A stretch of 64,000 nt of DNA from a virus. Taxonomy: Duplodnaviria; Caudoviricetes. Location of the stretch: the IMG/VR virus record IMGVR_UViG_3300032233_002382, positions 128,001-192,000 of that record; one strand, 5' to 3'. The notes beneath the pieces are model-generated. The model searched no databases and was not told the DNA's origin. It saw only the letters and a program-made list of their open reading frames with translations. Positions 55,938 to 64,000 of the stretch are shown here, piece by piece. Both the position numbers and the translations under genes were made by a program. Position 1 is the stretch's first letter. Each line of letters begins with the position of its first letter.

Positions 55938-57626
55938 TTACAGATCGGTTACAAAGACCGGACGGAATAGAACCGAGCGAGTATCGCTCTGACTGCGGGT
56001 CTCGGCAGTTCCGATTCTCCAAACTCGACCAGTCTCAGGAGGAGTTATGCTGGCGTTACCAGGAGTAGAGGAGAGATAAATGGGAGTGCCGATGGTCGAT
56101 CCAGCGGTGCCACTGGCTCCGAAGAAGACGTCAGTAGCAACGCCAGAGGTAGTAACGACAGCACCAGCAGTATAAGAATCACCGGAGCCACCAGTGAAGC
56201 CAGAAGGCACGAAGAAGCTGGTGATGGTGTCGTAAACGTAGCCGCCGTTATAGTGGTCTATTGGACCGCTACCGGTCGAACCGCCTAGGTAGAAGCCCTC
56301 AGTCGTAATGCCCTTAACCTGCCAACCCTTATTTATATCGTAGTACGGGATATCGCTCTCGATGTTACGTAGAGCAATCCAGTCGTTATTATTGACGCTT
56401 CCGGTAAGGTCATTGGTGAACACGAACCATTCACCATCCGCATTTCCGATCGTGGCAGTAAGACCGATACCGGTCACCGGGCTAATGGACGCAAAACTAG
56501 GTCCGGTAGCCGATACGAAGAACGGAAGCTCTCCGCCAGACTGAGCGATCTGATCATAAAGATCGATGAGCGGGGTTCCGTTACCGTCAGTCACGAAGTT
56601 AAAGATAAAGTTGTTTCCTACTTGATCAGTCTGAAGGAAAGAGCTCTGGTAATTTCCGGAGGTGGCGCCGAAATAAAGACTGCTACCCAAAGTACCAGGA
56701 ACAGTGGCCGTGAAGGCAAGATCGAATCCGGCACCGGTCCAACCAGAGGTGTCTCCAACCGAGGGACCCGAAATAGTCGCGATTCCTACTAACTCCTTGA
56801 GCGCGTTCGTGGAGCTACCCTGTTCGGCAGGACGCAGAAGCCCTTCGAAGAAGGGATCGTGAGCAAGAATACTTCCAGCAGTAGAACCGGCCATGATACT
56901 ATAAACGGAACTCCCGCCGGTCCCAATCTCCGTATAACCGGTGCCGTTCGTGGTTCCGTTAAAATCGCTCAGCTTCGCAGTGGCGTAGAAAGCCGAAACC
57001 ATCTTACCTAAGGTAATCGAAGTACCCATCGAATCTTTAATATAGCTACCATCGGACATCGCAAGAACGCCGAGGTCGATCTGAACTACGGTTCCAGTAA
57101 CCGTGTCATACTGTGGATCGCTAAATGTGACGTCATCCTTAATAAACGGAGCATACCCAGGAACCGACGTTTCTAAATAAAGTACAGTGTTTCCGCCGGA
57201 ATACTCTGTGTTCTGAACAGAGAACAGACCGTTGTTCTCGATTTTGTTCGCGCCTGATACTTGAATTAAAGCGCCGGAAACAAACTCGCTAGTAACGTTG
57301 CCGCTGACGTAAATGCGGGCCTGACCGGAAGACATTGCCTTTGAACGATAGGCAACTGCTGTCATCGTCGACTTGCCGGAGGCCTTCTTAATGTTGAAGG
57401 TAAAGCCGACAGCCGACGCGCTCGAGCTTACGTTCGTGGCGTTAATGTCAAGGAACTTATCGCCGACCATCAAGTCGACGCCACTGCCGCCAACGACTAA
57501 ACTGCCAGCAACCTGTAGGTTACCCCCGACCTTGAGGGTACCGCCCATCGTCAAGTCGTCGGCCGCGCTTATTTTCTGAACTCTTCCATCCACATAGACT
57601 AATATCTGATTATTATAAGTGGCCAT
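55938..57626 (-). CDS. Gly/Ser/Thr-rich virion fibre or decoration protein
   Basis: GGTLKVGGNLQVAGSLVV...GDKFLDIN; GTPIYLSSTPG tail; GGAGGG SD. Confidence 0.6.
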   Translation of the reverse strand: MATYNNQILVYVDGRVQKISAADDLTMGGTLKVGGNLQVAGSLVVGGSGVDLMVGDKFLDINATNVSSSASAVGFTFNIKKASGKSTMTAVAYRSKAMSSGQARIYVSGNVTSEFVSGALIQVSGANKIENNGLFSVQNTEYSGGNTVLYLETSVPGYAPFIKDDVTFSDPQYDTVTGTVVQIDLGVLAMSDGSYIKDSMGTSITLGKMVSAFYATAKLSDFNGTTNGTGYTEIGTGGSSVYSIMAGSTAGSILAHDPFFEGLLRPAEQGSSTNALKELVGIATISGPSVGDTSGWTGAGFDLAFTATVPGTLGSSLYFGATSGNYQSSFLQTDQVGNNFIFNFVTDGNGTPLIDLYDQIAQSGGELPFFVSATGPSFASISPVTGIGLTATIGNADGEWFVFTNDLTGSVNNNDWIALRNIESDIPYYDINKGWQVKGITTEGFYLGGSTGSGPIDHYNGGYVYDTITSFFVPSGFTGGSGDSYTAGAVVTTSGVATDVFFGASGTAGSTIGTPIYLSSTPGNASITPPETGRVWRIGTAETRSQSDTRSVLFRPVFVTDL

Positions 57627-57697
57627 TGACCCTCCGGGTGAAACGAGATCCGTCTCGTCAATTACTCAGGCTCATTAAAAATTCGATTAAGACGAAA

Positions 57698-58582
57698 TCA
57701 GACTTCGACCGAATATAACACTGCCGACCAGTCCGTTCCAGAAACGCCGCTGGCCGTAGTACCCCAGGCTTGAATATACAAACCCGGAATCGAATCGTCT
57801 GAAATGAACGAGGGTCCCGTCACATATCCTGAGAACGAACCAAACGGTGTGACTGTTTCGCTTTCGATAAAAATAGTGCCACCATCATTGAATGCTAGGC
57901 ATTCAATTGTAAACCCTTTAGATCCTAGCGATGTAGTCGACCCGAAGTTTCTAGCCACTAACTCGGCCCGTATCTTACTAGAAGAATTGTAAGGCAATGG
58001 ATATACGTTGCCAGGGACTAGCCCTAAATCGGGGTCAACTAGCAAGTTTACAGAAGTGTTGCCCGAAACGGATCCATAATACCGACTCCCGAATGAAGGG
58101 CCAGTCGGTCCAACTAATCCCGCAGACCCGGTAGGTCCAACTAATCCCGCAGACCCGGTAGGTCCAACTAAACCTACTGCCCCGGCCGGACCAGTAGGAC
58201 CTACAAATCCTGAGTAACCTGTAGGTCCTTTTGGACCCGTTGAACCAGTGGAACCTATGGAACCTGTTGGTCCGATAGGTCCCTGAGCACCAGTATCACC
58301 ACGGATATTATCAAGGCTTCCAGCCGTAACTATCAGGGTAACAAGAGCACCGTAGTTGTGAGGTTGCGGTGAAGTGCCTTCGATGCCTCGATAAACAGTA
58401 AAGACATTACCAGATACATCGACGACGAGTAGTAACTCGTCGTCGATCCTAATCCTAAATTGCCCAGTAGATGTAGGGAAGCGACTGGCATCGGCCACAC
58501 GAATTTTAGAATCTGTCGCGGTTATGCCGCTTAGTTTATTTAGGAAAGTCTGAGCATTATTTGCGAATAACTCGTGAGACAT
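57698..58582 (-). CDS. Collagen-like fibre protein (23 Gly-X-Y triplets)
   Basis: [12 protein letters not shown] ... GPT GPS; N-terminal FANNA...RGIEGT domain. Confidence 0.85.
   Translation of the reverse strand: MSHELFANNAQTFLNKLSGITATDSKIRVADASRFPTSTGQFRIRIDDELLLVVDVSGNVFTVYRGIEGTSPQPHNYGALVTLIVTAGSLDNIRGDTGAQGPIGPTGSIGSTGSTGPKGPTGYSGFVGPTGPAGAVGLVGPTGSAGLVGPTGSAGLVGPTGPSFGSRYYGSVSGNTSVNLLVDPDLGLVPGNVYPLPYNSSSKIRAELVARNFGSTTSLGSKGFTIECLAFNDGGTIFIESETVTPFGSFSGYVTGPSFISDDSIPGLYIQAWGTTASGVSGTDWSAVLYSVEV
58107..58171 (+). repeat. Exact 27-bp tandem repeat (two copies plus an 11-nt partial) in the collagen region
   Basis: GGTCCAACTAATCCCGCAGACCCGGTA at 58107 and 58134. Confidence 0.9.
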
Positions 58583-58597
58583 ATTATACCTGCTTTT

Positions 58598-59413
58598 CTA
58601 TGGTGCTACGTGTAATTCATCTACTACCGCGTGGTTTTGCTTTGCACCAAACGGATCGATTCCGAAAACACCCAAAGAAAAACGCCTAAAATCCGCGTAT
58701 CTATACTGGTCTGTAGACACTATAGGCTTATCTAGCACTTTGTTAGGTTCAAATGGGGACCCCACTTCGAAGGTCGTTCTATTGCCTTCATATTCGTCAC
58801 GAAGAATATACTTTAATCGATAAAGAGTATGAGCAGGCTTAATGACCGACAATAAGATTCGAATATTATGGTCAGATAAAATAGTATTCACGCCGCTTTC
58901 TTCATTCAAGTATATGTCGACTGTAAAGGTGAACTCATTAGAGATGTCATAACCGTAAGCACTTTTGCTTAAAGACTGAATGTCTTCTGAAATACGAACC
59001 GTTCCGCTCGTCAGCAGTTCGATTCCTTCTTGGATCGCTTCGGGTGTGCTCCCTTTAAAATAAACCGAAATTATCGAAACCAGGAAGGACCTGAAATCGT
59101 CATCTGTAGACTCTAAATTAGGTGCTGATTCAGGAAAAAGCAAATTTGTGACTACTTGATATAAATACTCAGTGCGAGTAGCCGAGAATTTATTATCGGC
59201 AAGCACATCATCTAAAGCGATTTTTATCTGGCTTAAGCAAATAGAAATCGCTTTCAAGTTTCGAGCGTAGTTAGGTCCATCGACGTTTGATTTCCAGTAC
59301 GAACTCAATAAAGTGAACAACACGCCGAATTCGCGGTTTACTTCATTTTGAAGCCTGGCTAAGTAGACTTCCCCACTCTCATACGCGTTAACATTTTGTT
59401 TTATGATCGCCAT
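58598..59413 (-). CDS. Baseplate wedge protein (P2 gpI-like)
   Basis: YFKGST...IQEGIELL; LSVIKPAHTLY; follows baseplate J. Confidence 0.7.
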   Translation of the reverse strand: MAIIKQNVNAYESGEVYLARLQNEVNREFGVLFTLLSSYWKSNVDGPNYARNLKAISICLSQIKIALDDVLADNKFSATRTEYLYQVVTNLLFPESAPNLESTDDDFRSFLVSIISVYFKGSTPEAIQEGIELLTSGTVRISEDIQSLSKSAYGYDISNEFTFTVDIYLNEESGVNTILSDHNIRILLSVIKPAHTLYRLKYILRDEYEGNRTTFEVGSPFEPNKVLDKPIVSTDQYRYADFRRFSLGVFGIDPFGAKQNHAVVDELHVAP

Positions 59414-59415
59414 AA

Positions 59416-62400
59416 CTATCCCTTTTTATAAGTTATGGTCAGATCGCCCGAAGTAAGATATTCTAGGTTACTTACATAAACATCTTTGGCGCTGACGTCA
59501 CCGCTAACGATGTAAGAAGCTGCGAATGAATGATTTGTCGGGACATCTGGAGGCGATTGACCGAAATCGAGAGACACTAAGACTCGATTGGCCGTCAAAT
59601 TTTTTCTCGCATTTAATATCTCAATGGCTGTGTCATAAGATTTCGAAAGCGTCGCATCATCACTGAAACCGGGAATTATGGCGCCATCTGAACCAATTAT
59701 GTACGATTGATTTAAGCCAGAGCTCACATCTTCTATGGATCTAGCGTTAGTCATGGACAGACTATCTTTATAGACGCAATGGAAAATGTTGTTCGGACCA
59801 CCACCATTACTAGTAGCGAAGGGCAGAGGTTGAGTAAGCAGATAAACCGCATTCACTCCGGCGCTAATGGAAGGAAGAAACACGAAATCACTAGCCAATT
59901 CGTCTTTCGCCCTGTATGATCCGTTTGCAAGAGTCATTCGGTTGAAGGGCGTGACTATATAGTCGACGCCTTCCGTATTATCAAAAGACGCTATCACATC
60001 TGAAACGTGAACGTCCTCTCCAACGTTCTTATTATTTATAGCATTTGAATATGAGGTGCGAAGGTTTATATCCACTGTCGATTGAACGGAATTCGGCTTT
60101 AACACAACAGTAGTCTCGATATACAGAGGATTCTCGATCGCTTGCTTCACCAAAATGTCTGCTGTTATGTGACGCTTTGCATCTATCTCGTCATTGACTC
60201 TCTGTAGCACGTCATTCACGACATATGTCACTGCGAAGTTTTCATCATGTTCATAGTCAACTGAAACTGTCGAACCATCAGGTATCGAACTTAGTGCGGT
60301 CCGTACAATCGACAATGGGCTTGTCTGCGTTCCAGGTATGACTAAGTAATCCGGACTTACTCCGTCCGGACCAGCATAGAGGACAGTTCTATCTTCAGAG
60401 TAAACTTTTAGAGTGTAACGGTTTATACCTACCGAGTTTAAGGATTCGTTTATGGTTCCGATAAGAACGTGCGTTTCACCGTTAACCTGAATCGGAGCAC
60501 CACTCGGTTGTCCGAGGTATTGATTTACGCTCACATAATCCGTTGACTGAACGCTTTCGCCTTCGTAGAGCGGATCTTGTAATTTATACAGTGTATAACC
60601 GAAAGTGTTATCCAAAGCGCCACTGACCTGGCCTACAACGCTAGAAACTGAGACGATTGGCTGAACGGTCGGAGTAAACTTATTGTTGCTGCGGAATCGA
60701 TAATCACCTTGAATGAAATCGTCGTAGGCAGTATCAGGTTGTGGTATGGAAGTGTTCAATTTTATTGTACGGTAATCGACATAAACGACGCCTGAAAGAT
60801 CATATGATGATACCGGAATTGTCGAATAGTTGCGTAATCCTTGATCACGACTCGGGTTGTATAGCATTTCAGCTATCGGATTATTTGGCGTTAGACGACT
60901 ATCCAAGGCCACGAATATCAGATTTGTCGGATCAATGACCTGAAACCGCATGCCCGACACAACGTCGAATTCAAAAGCAAACGTTTCGACTACGGTGCGT
61001 TCAATAGTGCCCTTGATGTAAATGTCGACTTTGCCGCCCGTATGTTTACGCCTTATCGGGTCATAATCACGCATCATATACTGATTGCCTGCATCAACCA
61101 CATAATAGCTTAAGACACCTGGAACAGAAGAAACTATTTTTTCGATCCCGTAACGAGTCCCGCTATCAACACCTACCAGCGACTGCATGGCGGAAGTCGC
61201 TAAGTCTAAATTCGACTGATTATCAGACCCACCGATAGCTGCAGATTCATTTATCGTAAGAAATCCATTGGCTCCACTTTCTACTATATCCAGGGTGTTC
61301 GCTGGAACGTTCCCGGCAAGCCCAGGGGTGTCCGCATACATTTGGACTTTGACTTCGTAGCGCTTCTTAGTCGGGTTATAAAACCTAGCGGCTTCCGGCT
61401 GCGGTGGTATGCTATAAAGCCCTTTTGCAATAAATCTCGGGGCAGTCGGAGTAGTGGAAGAACGAACCACAGCATTTTGATTTACATATAGGGTTCTTAC
61501 AGGAGCAGTGGTTGTATAAAATATCTGTTCAATCACACTCCGCTGTGGACCTTTACGGACGATGCCATAATTTGCTGCCAAACTATCGAAAGCAGAATTT
61601 ATGAGAGATTGGACAGTAACATCATCATTCGTGGCTAAAGCAGTACGTAAATTTATCTTATACGCTGAGTCGGAAACGGGGATGCTGGTGCCCGATAAAG
61701 TAGGATCGTCTATAGCTAACAATGCAGGAAAGGACTTCGCTCGATGTACGAAGTCAAGCAAGAAATAAGTCTTTTGGATTTCGTTTGAAAATGGCTCGAC
61801 GTGAACTTCACGAATTGTGGATCCGGGAATCAGAGACAGCTCTGGAGCCACCTGCTGCACTACTTGAATGTAATCACGCGCCACTTGAGATTGATCTCGT
61901 ATCTTGAGACCTTTGATATCCTGAGTTATCGGAAGTGGCGAACCAGGCATTTCTTGAGAGTAACGGGACTCGATGAATGTCCCGCTTTGCTTATTGAAAT
62001 AGCAAGCAGTCACTACGTAATATAAAGGCTGATCGTTCGGGATTAGAGCGAACGTATCACTGTTTAAGATGCCGTTCAACTGGGTGGCATTACGATTATG
62101 AACGAATCTGTATCTGGATGTAGGGCTAGTTCGACTGAACTTTATATCTACTTTGTAATTAGGGCTATATATTAGTGGGTATACATTCCTAACTAACTCA
62201 TTAGTATCATTGTTTACTGAATCAACTGTATTTAGGACTACCTGTAAATTCTGGCTACGTGTCGAAGTAAGACTAAAGTCATAGCTGACCGATTGGCTGT
62301 CTAATTCGATAATGTCGGTGGTCGTAGGATTATCGATCGGGATCATCTGAGCGTTAACGCGCAAGTACCCACTTCCGGCACCACCCGGACCACTTGAAGC

Positions 62401-62850
62401 ATATATATTAAATCCTGAAGCGCTAGAAACGAATTGACCTGACCACTCGATGACGACCGAGTTGGCTGACCTCTGGAGATTCGTCCCAGAGGGAGGAGCA
62501 TAGACAGTGCCAATGGCAGAGTCAGACTTTACGTCGACTACTATGACACTTTCATCACTAAGGCTACCGTTAATGTCAACGGCTTTGAGCTTTATGATGT
62601 TAGTACTATAGTTAAACCTAAATCCATTTGGGTTTGCAGACGAATTAGGGATCGTGAAATATGGCAGATTCAAAGATACCAATGAAGGGTCTGCTACATA
62701 TCCACTATCATTAATATTTATCAGAATGTCGACGGTGCTATCGTCGACTAATCCGGAAAAAACCAGACTCGGGATGTTTGTAGTAATATTTAGGGCAGTC
62801 GTAGTCTCAACCGTGCTGCCTGGATAAAATATTTTAGGTGCGGTAGCCAT
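59416..62850 (-). CDS. Baseplate J-like protein with N-terminal Ig/FN3-like domains
   Basis: DSLAANYGIVR, ADTPGLAGNV, INESAAIGGSD, SGTRYGIE...VPGV, GGKVDIYI. Confidence 0.85.
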   Translation of the reverse strand: MATAPKIFYPGSTVETTTALNITTNIPSLVFSGLVDDSTVDILININDSGYVADPSLVSLNLPYFTIPNSSANPNGFRFNYSTNIIKLKAVDINGSLSDESVIVVDVKSDSAIGTVYAPPSGTNLQRSANSVVIEWSGQFVSSASGFNIYASSGPGGAGSGYLRVNAQMIPIDNPTTTDIIELDSQSVSYDFSLTSTRSQNLQVVLNTVDSVNNDTNELVRNVYPLIYSPNYKVDIKFSRTSPTSRYRFVHNRNATQLNGILNSDTFALIPNDQPLYYVVTACYFNKQSGTFIESRYSQEMPGSPLPITQDIKGLKIRDQSQVARDYIQVVQQVAPELSLIPGSTIREVHVEPFSNEIQKTYFLLDFVHRAKSFPALLAIDDPTLSGTSIPVSDSAYKINLRTALATNDDVTVQSLINSAFDSLAANYGIVRKGPQRSVIEQIFYTTTAPVRTLYVNQNAVVRSSTTPTAPRFIAKGLYSIPPQPEAARFYNPTKKRYEVKVQMYADTPGLAGNVPANTLDIVESGANGFLTINESAAIGGSDNQSNLDLATSAMQSLVGVDSGTRYGIEKIVSSVPGVLSYYVVDAGNQYMMRDYDPIRRKHTGGKVDIYIKGTIERTVVETFAFEFDVVSGMRFQVIDPTNLIFVALDSRLTPNNPIAEMLYNPSRDQGLRNYSTIPVSSYDLSGVVYVDYRTIKLNTSIPQPDTAYDDFIQGDYRFRSNNKFTPTVQPIVSVSSVVGQVSGALDNTFGYTLYKLQDPLYEGESVQSTDYVSVNQYLGQPSGAPIQVNGETHVLIGTINESLNSVGINRYTLKVYSEDRTVLYAGPDGVSPDYLVIPGTQTSPLSIVRTALSSIPDGSTVSVDYEHDENFAVTYVVNDVLQRVNDEIDAKRHITADILVKQAIENPLYIETTVVLKPNSVQSTVDINLRTSYSNAINNKNVGEDVHVSDVIASFDNTEGVDYIVTPFNRMTLANGSYRAKDELASDFVFLPSISAGVNAVYLLTQPLPFATSNGGGPNNIFHCVYKDSLSMTNARSIEDVSSGLNQSYIIGSDGAIIPGFSDDATLSKSYDTAIEILNARKNLTANRVLVSLDFGQSPPDVPTNHSFAASYIVSGDVSAKDVYVSNLEYLTSGDLTITYKKG

Positions 62851-62873
62851 ACTTACCCCTTTTAATTAACCAT

Positions 62874-63998
62874 TCATCCGCGTAATCCGTACGGGGCGTT
62901 TTGAATATAAGCCGCACCATTCGTCGTTAACGTGAACGGGTCAGGTATCGAGACAATCCGTGTAACCTCAATGGGACCTTGAGACCTGCTCTTTATGGTA
63001 ACATTAGCTAAATATATAGTAGGATCAGATTCGGATGGAGAAGCAGATAAGTCGACAATCGCAGAGGGTGTTTCAGCATCCGTCACCCTTTGAAATGGGA
63101 AATTGTTGAGCTGCTGAACTTTGATATTTTGATATGTGGCGAATGCTTGATTTATATCTAGAGTTATGGAGGCGCTTGAATCCCCGCCATTCACGTTCGC
63201 CTTTGAACCTATCCTCGACAAGATATTGGAACCTAACCAAGGCCACTTCCAGTGACTACCCAATTCGGTAAACAGGAATTTATCGGCCTCTTGAATAAGA
63301 AGATCTGTATTCCGAACTACATCATAGGTGCGTCCAGAGACCGTGTAATCGTATTCTAGTCTCGTACCGCTACATCTACCGCAAAATTGGGATAGCGTCG
63401 TGTATGATATTTTGATATTCGGAAGAAAATTCCGAATAGGCTTTGAGAACAGAATTATGAGTTCTTGCAGAAATGAATTCTGATTTTTAGTTAAAACCCA
63501 AGACGGATAAATCTCCTGGCCTATACCAGATTTACCCGGTACGACTCCGACCGATGCATAAAACGCAAGTATGCGTTTAGTAGACAAAAGAGTACCAGCC
63601 TTGTCAGACCACCGTGGATCTGGTAGAGAAAAAACGAACCCGGCAGCACGGCTAGTAGACCGAAGAACAACGTGGTCATTTACTACTAGAACGTCTAGCT
63701 CGGGTATGGATTGTTGCAACTCGTTTGCAACCTCTGTCGAAGTTCTTTCGAACCCCGGACTTAATTTTATCGTTCGGGTCGTCCCGTTACCTATTTTAAT
63801 CATCATCATATCGGATTTATTATATTCTATCCGGTACGGGGCGGGTTTAGAGAAATTTACTTCAGCGAAACTATATAGTCCCTGTTTCGGAATTTCTAAA
63901 TCGTCTATTTTAACTACTATTTTGTCACTCGCGACTTCCCGACTAGGGTCCACGAAGTTCGAAGAATCCGTATCCAGAGTTTTCAGTTCATCAACTAT
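62874..63998 (-). CDS. Baseplate gp25/GPW-like protein, 5' truncated by window edge
   Basis: Frame is open to the window end (IVDELKTLDTDSSNF-VDP...); LLIQEADKFLFTELGSH...WLGS, DPTIYLANVTIKSRS. Confidence 0.7.
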   Translation of the reverse strand: MVDELKTLDTDSSNFVDPSREVASDKIVVKIDDLEIPKQGLYSFAEVNFSKPAPYRIEYNKSDMMMIKIGNGTTRTIKLSPGFERTSTEVANELQQSIPELDVLVVNDHVVLRSTSRAAGFVFSLPDPRWSDKAGTLLSTKRILAFYASVGVVPGKSGIGQEIYPSWVLTKNQNSFLQELIILFSKPIRNFLPNIKISYTTLSQFCGRCSGTRLEYDYTVSGRTYDVVRNTDLLIQEADKFLFTELGSHWKWPWLGSNILSRIGSKANVNGGDSSASITLDINQAFATYQNIKVQQLNNFPFQRVTDAETPSAIVDLSASPSESDPTIYLANVTIKSRSQGPIEVTRIVSIPDPFTLTTNGAAYIQNAPYGLRG

Positions 63999-64000
63999 AT

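Larger units (their letters stand above)
1..64000. mobile_element. Segment of a large myovirus-type bacteriophage genome
   Basis: Baseplate J-, I- and gp25-like genes, giant tail/fibre genes, its own PolA, DnaB, RecA, RuvC and sigma factor, many hypothetical ORFs, near-zero intergenic space, no rRNA or ribosomal protein genes. Confidence 0.93.

Noticed and set aside
57631-57660. Short stems ACGAGA-TCCG-TCTCGT here and GTGAGA-CCAT-TCTCAC near 25035 as terminators
   Set aside because: Only 6-bp stems with no U-tract; too weak to call
17214-58171. 27-bp repeats (17214, 58107) as CRISPR or DGR elements
   Set aside because: They are adjacent in-frame coding duplications with no spacers, and there are no cas or reverse transcriptase genes
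1-64000. Stop-codon reassignment, as seen in some jumbo phages
   Set aside because: Standard-code ORFs tile the window almost completely; TAA, TAG and TGA all end genes at coupled junctions
31066-64000. Extracellular contractile injection system or tailocin rather than phage
   Set aside because: Contiguous with a full phage-type replication and recombination gene set

Overview
The window is a gene-dense segment of a large contractile-tailed (myovirus-type) bacteriophage genome in the standard genetic code, cut mid-gene at both ends. 1-6 kb is a recombination block: probable SSB, RuvC, RecA, an alphaCTD/sigma4 multidomain protein and an N-terminal half-Rad50. 6-19 kb is a strand-switching accessory block: a ferritin-like protein, pyroglutamyl peptidase, an HD-nucleotidase/MazG/CBS-less guaB/guaA operon, a nitrilase-family amidase, a J-domain protein, a histone-H1-like protein, a YkgJ protein, a sigma factor, a degenerate ThyX-like protein and dCTP deaminase. 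19-31 kb is replication: family A polymerase, DnaJ, a stand-alone CHC2 Zn finger, DnaB-like helicase, a degenerate loader and a SNF2 helicase. 31-64 kb is one minus-strand block of tail, fibre and baseplate genes. The most interesting signals are: (i) a guanine/nucleotide-pool module with a CBS-less IMPDH; (ii) an apparently catalytically dead ThyX-fold protein coupled to dcd; (iii) a His-pair helical repeat found 21 times across three virion proteins; (iv) a recurring GTAnnnT-N5-purine promoter that appears to drive several leaderless mRNAs; (v) an alphaCTD-alphaCTD-sigma4 protein; (vi) a shared IAxRI motif in four small proteins. All functional calls come from motif recognition by eye; no database searches were run.
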